From: Ectobacillus sp.
GTDB lineage: Bacteria > Bacillota > Bacilli > Bacillales > Bacillaceae_G
DNA: 64,000 nucleotides
Direction: 5' to 3'
Assembly: GCA_041640875.1 (NCBI GenBank)
Contig: JBEPZN010000010.1
Span: 51,062-115,061 of the forward strand
Shown here: positions 1 through 9,387 of the stretch, in pieces
Layout of the letters: every line of letters starts with the position of its first letter
Numbering within the stretch: position 1 is the stretch's first letter
The notes under the pieces: model-generated
Seen by the model: the letters and a program-made list of their open reading frames with translations, nothing else
Told to the model about the DNA's origin: nothing
Database searches by the model: none
Translations under genes and position numbers: made by a program

Positions 1-339
1 CACAAATTTTTTCATAAACATGTGGAACAGAATCTCAGCCGTTGTGATTCCAAGTGCAGCGAAGAAGGTGGCCATTGTCAGGAATCTTGCTGGACCAATG
101 AACATGTAGCTGAGCACCCAAACAGTGACGAAGGAAAGCCCGAGGTCCGCCATGAGTGCTTTCATATTCCCAAGTCGCGGCAGGAGCAATAAATCTCCTA
201 CAAAGTAAGCCACTGCAGTTGTAATGATTGTAATGAGAAGAATTCTAGTGAGAGATACATGTTCGAATGCTCCTAGAATGGAAAACAAGACCGTACCGAC
301 AGCGGCAAATTTTACGAGTAACGCCATCATATGCTTCAT
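1..339 (-). CDS. YndM-family (DUF2512) membrane protein, runs off the window start
   Basis: Manual translation MKHMMALLVKFAAVGTVLFSILG...AYFVGDLLLLPRLGNMKALMADLGLSF...EILFHMFMKK; GGAGG RBS upstream; not in ORF track. Confidence 0.8.
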   Translation of the reverse strand, partial: MKHMMALLVKFAAVGTVLFSILGAFEHVSLTRILLITIITTAVAYFVGDLLLLPRLGNMKALMADLGLSFVTVWVLSYMFIGPARFLTMATFFAALGITTAEILFHMFMKKFV

Positions 340-471
340 ATTCAGCCCTCCATCATTTTTGCGGAAATTCCTCTCTTAATGTGTCTAATTAGAGCTGAAA
401 ATAATCCTTATCCGCTCATTATCCATCATTTGATGAAACTGTATGGAGTTTGCAGTAAGAGGGAGTTTTCG

Positions 472-604
472 CACTTTAAGAAAGTATAAATTTCTAGCTG
501 GAAAACCATTCGACGTAGCGAGAAATTTTAAGAATAAAGTATAAGTGCAACTACTCCTCTGCCTTCGCCCAAGTGCAGGGCTAGCCAATCGGCGAGCTTT
601 CCTT
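472..604 (+). repeat. ~133-bp structured intergenic repeat, full copy
   Basis: cactttaagaaagtataaatttctagctgg...gacgtagcgagaaatttt...gccaatcggcgagcttt; matches many other copies in window. Confidence 0.95.
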
Positions 605-710
605 GTAGAAGTATTATGAAAAATATGAAAAGCTTACAAGAAAAGTAGCGGCATATTCAAGCATCCTTGGGCAATTATAAAGGTGACTTTATCACCAAGG
701 AGGTTTTTAT

Positions 711-1049
711 ATGCACACAACGCAGCATGGAGTGCAGCAGCTGAACCAATGTCGTATGATTGCTCAACAATTGATTCAACAAACGCAACAAGCGAATCAA
801 ATGTACCGCCAAATGATGCAAAATGAGCAGCAGAATGCAACAATGCTTGAACAAATGGCGCAACGTGAACGTCAAGCTGTTCAAATCATTCAGCAAAGTT
901 TGCAAGGACATGAGATGGCAATTCAACGTTGCCAGCAAATCATTGCAATGTGCAACCAAATGGAACAGCAGCTGGCATCACAATCTATGATGCCGATGAC
1001 AGCAATGACGCCAATACAAGGCAGTTTCCATCAGAAGTTCCAACACTAA
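711..1049 (+). CDS. Gln/Met-rich coiled-coil hypothetical protein (possibly sporulation related)
   Basis: 112 aa ORF, AGGAGG RBS, followed by intrinsic terminator. Confidence 0.75.
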   Translation: MHTTQHGVQQLNQCRMIAQQLIQQTQQANQMYRQMMQNEQQNATMLEQMAQRERQAVQIIQQSLQGHEMAIQRCQQIIAMCNQMEQQLASQSMMPMTAMTPIQGSFHQKFQH

Positions 1050-1067
1050 GCTGTAGTAGTAAGTAGT

Positions 1068-1101
1068 AAAGGGAAGAGGTAGGACATCCTCTTCCCTTTT
1101 T
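1068..1101. terminator. Bidirectional intrinsic terminator
   Basis: aaagggaagagg-N8-cctcttcccttttt between convergent genes. Confidence 0.8.
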
Positions 1102-1135
1102 ATGTTATTGAATAATGAGACTCTGCTGTGTGATA

Positions 1136-2314
1136 TTAAAAAAAGTCGAGCAAATAAGTCGTTGTAACAGGAATGATAGATTCTAGCTGTGCAATTTGCT
1201 CTTCCTTTCCATTAAGTCGACCGTAGTGATGCAGATTGTTTGGTCTTTGGTAGCCGATCATCATAGCTGTGAGTGTCTGGATATCACAGCTAAAAATAGG
1301 CGAGTTCTCCTTTAGTTGATGTTCCAACCGATTCACCGCAGCCTGCCCATTTTCATTCACTGTTATGTGCCAGTGACCATTATTCCAAGGTGCATGTTCA
1401 TCTTGTATGTCCATTATCCACTCTGAGACAGCGTGGGATGATTGGAATGGATATTGCTCTAAAAATGACTTTACATCTACAATTCGTGCCATAAAATAAG
1501 GAACAATTTCCTGTTTAATGCGTGGGTTCGGCAGCAAGAAAGGAAGTGCATCATCCACAGGTGCAGTTACTATTGCCTTTTCTACCATAGAATCATGGGT
1601 AGCTAAGAACGTCCAAAGCCCTTGTCGCGCTTCTTCATTGAGAAAAACGAATTCATGAATGGTTAGCTCCCGCTGCTTCACCTGATAGAGCACGTATCCG
1701 CTAGGAGCTCCGTTTTCTTGAAAATAAACAGCTGCATGTCCTTTTTTTCGGCGAAGTACCGATGTTTCCCACCATTCCTTCGTACGCCGCAACGTGCCGC
1801 TATAACGGGAAGCGTACTCCTCGTATATTCCGCTAAGTAGCTCAATGTTCCCGGTATGCCGCTCGACATAGCCTTCTGTTTCCTGCCTTTTTGGAAACAG
1901 TGCTGCTTCTATTTCATATCGCTTATAGTCAATATATGTTTCCCATCCGTATTTGCGGTAGAAGTCAAATGCGAACGGCGTGAGAAAAGAAAGGGTCTGT
2001 CCATTTTCTTTCATCAGTTCCATTGCATGCGTAAGCAAGCGCGCAACCAAACCTTGGCGGCGAAATTCTGGCCAGGTGGAAACACTGGCAATGCCTCCCA
2101 TAGAGAATGTTTGTCCGTGCAGATAGATTTGCAGCGGGATTAGGGTTAATTGGGCAGCTAATCGATTTTGAACGAACGCTCCCCATGTTTCTTCTGGTTT
2201 AAATCGGGATCTTGCTTCAGTCATTTCCTCATCCGTTAGTTCATATTGAAACGCATACATCGATAATTCCATACGTTCATCAAATTCTTGATCGGTTAAC
2301 TGGCGGATTTGCAT
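1136..2314 (-). CDS. Eis-family GNAT acetyltransferase with C-terminal SCP2-like domain
   Basis: GIASVSTWPEFRRQGL acetyl-CoA motif, FYRKYGWE, PYFMARIVDV, IQDEHAPWNNG, C-terminal LDFF; GAGGTG RBS before ATG at 2314. Confidence 0.9.
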   Translation of the reverse strand: MQIRQLTDQEFDERMELSMYAFQYELTDEEMTEARSRFKPEETWGAFVQNRLAAQLTLIPLQIYLHGQTFSMGGIASVSTWPEFRRQGLVARLLTHAMELMKENGQTLSFLTPFAFDFYRKYGWETYIDYKRYEIEAALFPKRQETEGYVERHTGNIELLSGIYEEYASRYSGTLRRTKEWWETSVLRRKKGHAAVYFQENGAPSGYVLYQVKQRELTIHEFVFLNEEARQGLWTFLATHDSMVEKAIVTAPVDDALPFLLPNPRIKQEIVPYFMARIVDVKSFLEQYPFQSSHAVSEWIMDIQDEHAPWNNGHWHITVNENGQAAVNRLEHQLKENSPIFSCDIQTLTAMMIGYQRPNNLHHYGRLNGKEEQIAQLESIIPVTTTYLLDFF

Positions 2315-2467
2315 TTTTAAGGTCACCTCGTTCGAAGGAATTAAAATTAGTGAGCAAGTACATATTCCATTTTTGTCGCCTTGTTTCCTCCGACATATGA
2401 AAATATGTAGGGATAGTATTTTCTTTTGTAAAATGCTAGACTTGCTTCAAATGTAGATTGCGGAAAC

Positions 2468-3517
2468 ATGGAAAGGAAGCGGAAGGTTATGAAACAAGAG
2501 CAGACATATATAGATGAGATTCTTGTCCGATTTTTTCCTAAGGGTAATTGGAGAACATGGGCAGGGGGGACTGGTGCAAACAATACGACTCGATTTGTAG
2601 AGGTGCAGGATGAGCGATATGTGCTGCGTATTTACGAAACCCACCAGGATGAGGATAAGGTGCAGTATGAACATGGCGTATTACTCTCTTTAAAAGCTTT
2701 GCCGCTATTGTTTGGTATACCTGAGCCAATCATGACGCCAAAAGAAGATACGATCGTGAGAACGCAGGACGGCAAGATTGCTGGGTTGTTCCGCTTTTTA
2801 GATGGTATGAATCCAACTCTCGATGACTTGAATCAGCTCCGTTCCTTTGGATGGATAACCGGTCAATTGAATCGGCTTCTGGCAGAGGTAGTAGTGAACC
2901 AGCCTCCGGTTTATAGGCCGTACTATGAAATGGAAAACACCCATCCCCGCTGTTCTCTGCAAGAGGTGATGCATTTTTGTGTGAACCCTCCGACTGAATT
3001 TGCAGCGCAAACCGCTGAACTGCTCCATATTTCTAAGCAGCTTACGGTGTTTCAGGAGAGAATTCCTCTGCTCAAGCAGCTGCCGCACCAACTTGTTCAC
3101 GGAGACTTAAATGGGTCTAACATTTTAGTGAATCAAAAGGGAGAGGTATCAGCAGTTTTAGATTTTGAGTTTGTCACAAATGATTTGCGGGTAATGGAAC
3201 TGGCGGTTTGTTTAGCTGATTGTATTCGCCCAGATCAGGATGAGGCAATAACCTGGGCAAAAATTGATGCCTTTTTATCAGGGTATGGGAGTGTTATGAA
3301 GTTGACGGAAGGGGAAATAGCGATGATACCGCTCCTCATCCAGCTTCGGAGGCTTGATGTATTTCTCCACTTTCTCGGTCGCCATTGGGATGGAATTGAT
3401 CCAGTTGAGACTGTCCAAAAGTATGTGTATGAAGCGGTCAGAAGAGCGGATTGGCTAGCTGTGAATCAAGATAAGCTGATTTTGATGTGTATGGATGATG
3501 TGCTAGATAAACAATGA
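2468..3517 (+). CDS. APH/homoserine kinase type II-family phosphotransferase
   Basis: VLRIYE, HGDLNGSNIL and LDFEF kinase motifs; start may be ATG 2489. Confidence 0.85.
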   Translation: MERKRKVMKQEQTYIDEILVRFFPKGNWRTWAGGTGANNTTRFVEVQDERYVLRIYETHQDEDKVQYEHGVLLSLKALPLLFGIPEPIMTPKEDTIVRTQDGKIAGLFRFLDGMNPTLDDLNQLRSFGWITGQLNRLLAEVVVNQPPVYRPYYEMENTHPRCSLQEVMHFCVNPPTEFAAQTAELLHISKQLTVFQERIPLLKQLPHQLVHGDLNGSNILVNQKGEVSAVLDFEFVTNDLRVMELAVCLADCIRPDQDEAITWAKIDAFLSGYGSVMKLTEGEIAMIPLLIQLRRLDVFLHFLGRHWDGIDPVETVQKYVYEAVRRADWLAVNQDKLILMCMDDVLDKQ

Positions 3518-3535
3518 GTCTGACAGATTTCTTCG

Positions 3536-3670
3536 CACTGTAGGAATGTATAAAATTCCAGCTAGAAGCAAATTCGATGCATCAGGAAATTTTAGGAACA
3601 CAGTGTAAGTACAACTACATCTCTGTCTTCGTCCCAAGGGCAGGGCTCGCCAATCGGCGAGTTTTCTGTA
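3536..3670 (+). repeat. ~133-bp structured intergenic repeat, full copy
   Basis: cactgtaggaatgtataaaattccagc...acagtgtaag...ctcgccaatcggcgagttttct. Confidence 0.95.
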
Positions 3671-3790
3671 TAAAAATATCTCTCCTATGTTCCTTTAGGA
3701 GAGATATTTTATACAAATTCCTTGATTCATTGTACAAAATAGTCAGCTTCACTTTGCGATGAGTCTGCAAATAGGTAAGTGTTTGAAAAC

Positions 3791-4393
3791 CTATGCTTTT
3801 AGCAGCAGTTTTTCAGCTCCTCGATTACAAATTTGAATAAAGGAGCCTAGGAAAAATACAAACACAACGCTGCCCAGTCCAACAGGTCCACCTATGAAAT
3901 AAGCAGCGAGTAAGCCTGCTCCCTCAAGAATTGTTCTTGAAAAATTCATGTTTAAACGGAAGCGTTCCACAATCGCTAACATTGTTCCATCATATGGCAT
4001 AGAGGGGAACCTGGATGTTAGATAGACACCAATTCCGATCCCGATGAAGATCACTCCTGCTAAGAAAAACAGCCATCTTGAGAGTAGAGATAAGTTGGTA
4101 AGATAGACGTGTTTAAGAAGAAATTCCATACAAAAATCAAGAATAAGTCCCCATAACACAATAGTGATAGCGGATTCAAAAGCTGGTCGCTTTTTTAATA
4201 ACAGACTGTTAATCAGTAAAAATACAACTTGTCCGATAATCACGCATGTTCCGATAGAGAGTCCTATTTTTTCGGAAGTTCCCGCATAAAAGGCATCCCA
4301 CGGACCTGCACCAATATTTGATTTGATAACCAAACCTACACCTGTACAGGCAATTATCATTCCGGCTACATAAAAGATAATTCTTTTTAGCAT
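3791..4393 (-). CDS. YczE/YyaS/YitT-family membrane protein
   Basis: GAGPWD and PYDG motifs, multiple TM helices; GGGGGA RBS before MLKRIIFY. Confidence 0.85.
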   Translation of the reverse strand: MLKRIIFYVAGMIIACTGVGLVIKSNIGAGPWDAFYAGTSEKIGLSIGTCVIIGQVVFLLINSLLLKKRPAFESAITIVLWGLILDFCMEFLLKHVYLTNLSLLSRWLFFLAGVIFIGIGIGVYLTSRFPSMPYDGTMLAIVERFRLNMNFSRTILEGAGLLAAYFIGGPVGLGSVVFVFFLGSFIQICNRGAEKLLLKA

Positions 4394-4611
4394 TTTAAAT
4401 CCCCCATGGTTTTGAAACCGTTTTTCTTTTGCAATTCGCTTTTGATTATATAAAGAAAATGAGAAACGGTAAACAAGATTTAGCAGAATTACAAAGGATT
4501 GCTGATCGGTGGGGAGGCTGGTATAAAACGGACAGCTATTATGCTTCTGCACCAGCTTTACTAAAGACCATAAACATAGTAATAACTGGAGCTGTGAGAT
4601 ATGGAAAGTAG

Positions 4612-5391
4612 TTACTCTAAATTTAGACGTCTATAAGCACCAGGGGCTACGCCATATTTTTTCTTAAATACCTTGTGAAAATAAGGATAGGCACCAAATC
4701 CGCAGCTTTCGGCAATGTGTTCGAGCGTCATGGCTGTATATTTCATCCGTTCGATTGCAGCTGATAGCCGGATTTCCTGCGCATATTCCATCATCGTTTT
4801 CCCGACGCTTTTTTTAAAGAGATGGACGGACCGAGAGACGCTGAGATCGGCATGCCGCGCTACTTCTTCAACTTTAAATACTGCTGTAGCATGTTCTTCA
4901 ATATATCGCATCATCCGTGTTACTGCATACGGATAGCTGAAGGAGGGAGCTGTTTCGTTGATGGTACGCTCTAGAGACAAACAGAGCGACCGGAGCAGAT
5001 ATTCGGTAAGCTCTTCGTTTTCCTGAGACGGCGGCCGGCGTTTTTCGACAATGATATAGCGCCAGAGGGAGAGCAGCTTTTCATCAAGATCAATTCGGGA
5101 GATCGTTGGTTTAGCGGAACGGTTCCACCATTCTTCGACCCAAGCTCCTTCACAGGCTAAGTGGTAGTCTCCGCTGTTTTGGCGTTCTTTAACGAATAAT
5201 TCATAGTGATCCCCTGGTTGAATAAGCAAGAGGTCTCCTTTCTTAAGTTCCATTCGTCGTCCCTTAACGACTACTTCGCAAATCCCTTCCGTTTGCAGGC
5301 GGAACAGATAGACCGGGAATCCTGATTTATGTTGGGAGTGAAATTGCTGTGTATGATATGAATAGCCGCAAAAGAAAATGTTTGTCGTCAT
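4612..5391 (-). CDS. AraC-family transcriptional regulator
   Basis: N-terminal cupin-like region, C-terminal IAESCGFGAYPYFHKVFKKKYGVAPGAYR; divergent from sugar operon. Confidence 0.93.
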   Translation of the reverse strand: MTTNIFFCGYSYHTQQFHSQHKSGFPVYLFRLQTEGICEVVVKGRRMELKKGDLLLIQPGDHYELFVKERQNSGDYHLACEGAWVEEWWNRSAKPTISRIDLDEKLLSLWRYIIVEKRRPPSQENEELTEYLLRSLCLSLERTINETAPSFSYPYAVTRMMRYIEEHATAVFKVEEVARHADLSVSRSVHLFKKSVGKTMMEYAQEIRLSAAIERMKYTAMTLEHIAESCGFGAYPYFHKVFKKKYGVAPGAYRRLNLE

Positions 5392-5609
5392 AAACTTTCC
5401 CCTTTTTCATAAAATAGCAAAATAGTAGATGTTTTAATTATATCGTTTATGTTCATATAAAGGAACATTAGGTATGATGGAATCAAATAAGTAATATATT
5501 AGTTGCAGCGAGAAAAGTGAAGTTTTTGAGAAGTCGCGTGAATGGCTGTACAAGCTGTGAAACAAGATGTTATAAAAAGGATTTACACTTAAATTTTTTT
5601 ATAGCTTGT

Positions 5610-5623
5610 TGGTAGCGCTTTCT
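5610..5623. promoter_or_regulatory. Probable CcpA cre site
   Basis: TGGTAGCGCTTTCT (reverse AGAAAGCGCTACCA) upstream of sugar catabolic operon. Confidence 0.55.
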
Positions 5624-5739
5624 AACAGGGGTATAGCGATTTTTTAAAAATCTATAGTACAGGATGTTATTAAGAGAAGAATAGCAGAAAACAATGGCTA
5701 TATGTGTTTCATACTAAATAGTAGAAATGGGGAAGTAGG

Positions 5740-6510
5740 ATGAAAAGAATTCCAGTAGCTGTACAAATGTTTACATTACGTGAGGAAAGTGGGCAAGATT
5801 TTGCAGGTACACTAAAGAAAGTTGCTGAGCTTGGCTTTGATGGTGTTGAATTTGCTGGATATGGCGGATTAACTGCGAAGGAAGTAAAAGCATTACTGGA
5901 TAATTTAGGTCTTCAAGCTGCAGCGAGTCATGTACCGCTTGAACAATTAGAAAACAATCTAGATCAAGTCATTGAAGATCAGAAAATATTAGGAAGTAAG
6001 TATGTTGTATGTCCTTATCTCATGCCGGATCGTCGAAGTGAAGAAGATTACAAAGCACTTATTGCATTATTAGATGAAGCAGGTGAAAGATGCCGACGTG
6101 AAGGAATTACCATCTGCTATCATAATCACGATTTTGAATTGGAGCGTTTGTCTGATGGCAGAACGGCACTGGAGACTATTTTTGATAATACGAATGCAGA
6201 AAATGTGAAAACGGAGCTTGATGTATATTGGTTGACAAAGGCAGGAGAACAACCGGTTCAGTGGATTAACCGTTATAAAAATAGAACACCGCTCGTTCAT
6301 TTGAAGGATATGACAACAGATGAGGAGCAATTCTTTGCGGAGCTTGGAACAGGCGGGGTTGATGTAGAAGCAGTGCTCAACTTAGGAGAAGAAGCCGGTG
6401 TCCAGTGGTGGGTAGTGGAGCAGGACGTAAGCCGCCGTACGCCGTTTGAAAGCATTGAAATCAGCATTAATTACTTGAAAACAAAGCTGCCCCATCTTTT
6501 AAATAAATAA
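5740..6510 (+). CDS. Sugar phosphate isomerase/epimerase (xylose isomerase-like TIM barrel)
   Basis: GFDGVEFAG, YHNHDFE, ELDVYW, HLKD, VVEQD metal-binding motifs. Confidence 0.9.
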   Translation: MKRIPVAVQMFTLREESGQDFAGTLKKVAELGFDGVEFAGYGGLTAKEVKALLDNLGLQAAASHVPLEQLENNLDQVIEDQKILGSKYVVCPYLMPDRRSEEDYKALIALLDEAGERCRREGITICYHNHDFELERLSDGRTALETIFDNTNAENVKTELDVYWLTKAGEQPVQWINRYKNRTPLVHLKDMTTDEEQFFAELGTGGVDVEAVLNLGEEAGVQWWVVEQDVSRRTPFESIEISINYLKTKLPHLLNK

Positions 6511-6592
6511 AAGAGTGGGACATGCATGGGTGTTTAATGCTTGGGTACGAGATAGATTCCATAATGAAGAAGAAAAATGAGGAGGAACAAAG

Positions 6593-7639
6593 ATGAGTAC
6601 ATTAAAGGTCGGAGTTATCGGGTGCGGAAGTATCGCAAAATATCGTCATTTACCAGAGTATCATGCAAATAAAGAAGTAGAGATTGTTGCGGTTTGTGAC
6701 ATTGTTGCTGAGCGTGCTGAAAATATGGCTGCACAGTACGGTGCTAAAGCGTTTACCGATTATAAGGAAGTATTAGCACTTGATGATATCGATGCAATCA
6801 GCGTCTGCTTGCCAAACTACTTGCATGCACCAGTATCAATTGCGGCGCTCAATGCGGGAAAACATGTTCTTTGCGAAAAGCCGATGGCTACATCAAAAGA
6901 AGAGGCAGAAGCAATGATTGAAGCAGCAAAAGTAAGCGGTAAAAAGCTGATGATTGCACATAACCAGCGTTTTGTTTCTTCACACCAAGCGGCAAAAGAA
7001 ATTATTGACAGCGGTAAGCTTGGGAAAATTTATAGCTTTAGAACAACATTCGGCCATCCAGGTCCAGAAGCTTGGAGTGTAGATGGCGCAACGAGTTGGT
7101 TTTTCAATAAGGAGCAGGCCTTTATTGGTGCCATGGGTGATCTTGGTGTCCATAAGGCAGATCTCATGCGGTATTTACTCGGAGACTTTACAGAAGTCGG
7201 CGCATTCATTGAGACAAACGCAAAGCAAAATACAGAAGTAGATGATAATGCAGTTTGTATTTTACGTACAGAAAGCGGTATTATCGGAACACTCGCAGCA
7301 AGCTGGGCGTATGTGGCAGGCGGCGACAACTCAACGGTAATTTATGGAGAAAAGGGAGTTCTTCGTTTAGAGGATGATCCAGAGTACTCACTGATTGAAG
7401 AATATCGCAATGGTAATGTGATCAATCATAAGCTCGCGAAAATCCAAACGAATGAAGAAGGCGGTCAGACAAGCTCGCATGTAATCGACCATTTTGTTGA
7501 AAGCATCATTGAAAATAAAGAACCACTTATTAATGGCGAGGAAGGTATGAAATCACTGCAAATTATTTTAGCAGCGCTCCAATCACAGGAAACGAAACAG
7601 ATTGTTTCACTACAAAAAGAAGGAGTGTCAGTGAAATGA
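6593..7639 (+). CDS. Gfo/Idh/MocA-family oxidoreductase
   Basis: GVIGCGSIA Rossmann motif, GKHVLCEKP, GDLGVH. Confidence 0.93.
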   Translation: MSTLKVGVIGCGSIAKYRHLPEYHANKEVEIVAVCDIVAERAENMAAQYGAKAFTDYKEVLALDDIDAISVCLPNYLHAPVSIAALNAGKHVLCEKPMATSKEEAEAMIEAAKVSGKKLMIAHNQRFVSSHQAAKEIIDSGKLGKIYSFRTTFGHPGPEAWSVDGATSWFFNKEQAFIGAMGDLGVHKADLMRYLLGDFTEVGAFIETNAKQNTEVDDNAVCILRTESGIIGTLAASWAYVAGGDNSTVIYGEKGVLRLEDDPEYSLIEEYRNGNVINHKLAKIQTNEEGGQTSSHVIDHFVESIIENKEPLINGEEGMKSLQIILAALQSQETKQIVSLQKEGVSVK

Positions 7640-8604
7640 AGCTAGGTGTTTTTACGGTTTTATTTGCGAATAAATCCTTTGAAGAGATGCTCGATCATGT
7701 AAAGGCTTCCGGGCTTGATGCGGTTGAAATCGGTACAGGATGCTACCCGGGGAATGCACATTGTCCTCTGGATGAGCTTTTAGAAGATGAACAAAAACGA
7801 AAAGCTTACTTAGAAGCTGTTACGTCACGCGGTTTGACGATTAGCGCTTTTAGCTGTCACGGTAATCCGCTTACACCGGACAAATCCTTTGCAGAAGAAT
7901 CGGATTCCGTGTTGCGCAAAACGATTAAATTGGCATCCCTTCTTGGTGTCCCGGTTGTTAATGCTTTTTCAGGTACTGCAGGCGACAGCGAGGAAGCGAA
8001 GCAGCCGAACTGGCCGGTTGTACCATGGCCGCTGGAATACGGTGATATATTAACATGGCAATGGGAAAATAAATTAATCCCATACTGGAAAGAAATCGGT
8101 GAACTTGCCGAGCAGCATAATGTCAAAATTGGTCTTGAGTTGCATGGAGGATTCCTTGTTCATACGCCATACACATTACTGAAGCTGCGTGAGGCGACAT
8201 GTGACGCAATTGGCGCAAATCTTGACCCAAGTCATATGTGGTGGCAAGGAATTGATCCGGTTGCGGCAATTAAAATTCTCGGTAAAGCCGGTGCCATTCA
8301 CCATTTCCATGCAAAAGACACGTATATCGATCAAGATAATGTTAATATGTACGGATTGACAGACATGCAGCCGTACGGAAATGTGCAATCACGCGCATGG
8401 ACATTCCGAAGTGTCGGCTGCGGACACAGCATGCAGGAGTGGTCTGATATGATGAGTGCACTTCGTATGTACAACTATGACTACGTTGTCAGTATTGAGC
8501 ACGAAGATGCAATCATGTCGATTGACGAAGGCTTTGCGCGTGCTGTGAAAAACTTAAATAGCGTTTTAATCCGCGAGTCTGCAGGCGATATGTGGTGGGC
8601 GTAA
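7636..8604 (+). CDS. Sugar phosphate isomerase/epimerase (IolE/XylA-like TIM barrel)
   Basis: LELHGG, NLDPSH, HFHAKD, SIEHED motifs; 4-nt overlap with upstream gene. Confidence 0.9.
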   Translation: MKLGVFTVLFANKSFEEMLDHVKASGLDAVEIGTGCYPGNAHCPLDELLEDEQKRKAYLEAVTSRGLTISAFSCHGNPLTPDKSFAEESDSVLRKTIKLASLLGVPVVNAFSGTAGDSEEAKQPNWPVVPWPLEYGDILTWQWENKLIPYWKEIGELAEQHNVKIGLELHGGFLVHTPYTLLKLREATCDAIGANLDPSHMWWQGIDPVAAIKILGKAGAIHHFHAKDTYIDQDNVNMYGLTDMQPYGNVQSRAWTFRSVGCGHSMQEWSDMMSALRMYNYDYVVSIEHEDAIMSIDEGFARAVKNLNSVLIRESAGDMWWA

Positions 8605-8680
8605 TATGTGAAAAGGATGGTGCAAAGGGTGGTAGAGTAATTGAAAACTCCTTTGCGTTTTATGTAAACAGATATACGGA

Positions 8681-8709
8681 AAAGAGACGGCATGCCGTCT
8701 CTTTTTTTT
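8681..8709 (+). terminator. Intrinsic terminator (group IIC intron target)
   Basis: aaagagacggc-at-gccgtctc followed by T8. Confidence 0.88.
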
Positions 8710-8711
8710 GT

Positions 8712-9040
8712 GTGCGCCCAGCATGGGCGCAGTCTCTAGGGTGAAAGTCCCGAACCGCGGAGCAGTAGTAGCGGTTAGCTTAACGCAAGGGTGTCCGTGG
8801 CGACGCGGAATCTGAAGGGAGCGAGCGGCAAACCTCCGGTCCGAGGAACACGAACTTCATAGAAGGCTAGGTATCATTGGATGAGTTTGCACAACAAAAC
8901 AAAGTCCTTACTGCCAAAGGTGATACAAAGTAAATGAAGCGGATAGATGGAGGGAAAGACTGCGTTCTTACCTGGGGAGATCTGTCGGTTACATTTTCTA
9001 CAAGATGATTTCATGCATTGTTAGAAAATGGAGCAACAGA
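8712..9040 (+). mobile_element. Truncated group IIC intron (domains I-II only, no RT ORF)
   Basis: Begins GTGCGCCCAGCATGGGCGCAGTC...GGGTGAAAGTCCCGAAC...GGGAAAGACTGCGTTCTTACCTGGGGAGATCTG, closely resembling Oceanobacillus iheyensis-type IIC domain I; sits right after a terminator; no domain V/VI seen. Confidence 0.9.
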
Positions 9041-9113
9041 TTATGCCTATACATTGCTGATTAGTGATGGCACGAGTTCTCTATGCGGTGAAGCTTAGTG
9101 CTACAACATGTAA

Positions 9114-9188
9114 TTTACAAAAATTACATGATTTCTAACATAGCCACAACCGTTCTTTAATATTTGGTTAATAACCCTTTTTTATAAT
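9114..9188 (+). promoter_or_regulatory. Pho-box-like repeats and -10 for phoD
   Basis: TTHACA-like hexamers (two degenerate) at 11-bp spacing (9135, 9146, 9157, 9168), extra TTTACA at 9114, TATAAT at 9183. Confidence 0.55.
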
Positions 9189-9387
9189 GTCGGTAATTGT
9201 AGAAATCAAGGGGGAATAAGACAGAACAGTAACGTAAGAAATGGAAATCTAATTCATGACAGAGTTTGTTGTACACGCAGGAGAAGCTGCCGGATTTGCT
9301 GTTCTCTCTTGCAATTTACTTCACTAGGTTTACGAAGTGTAGGTATAGCTTATATGAGATTTTTTAGTCAGAGAGGGGAAACCATCC

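Noticed and set aside
385-588. Short ORFs sharing YTLRKYKFL...RNFRNKV or YTLFLKFL peptides (also 3577, 19545, 20581, 46925, 47071, 47298, 60163)
   Set aside because: They are translations of the 133-bp repeat; no RBS or consistent start, and copies carry frame-breaking indels
4429-4611. 60-aa ORF between YczE-like gene and AraC
   Set aside because: No RBS and no recognisable family; possibly a gene remnant but unsupported
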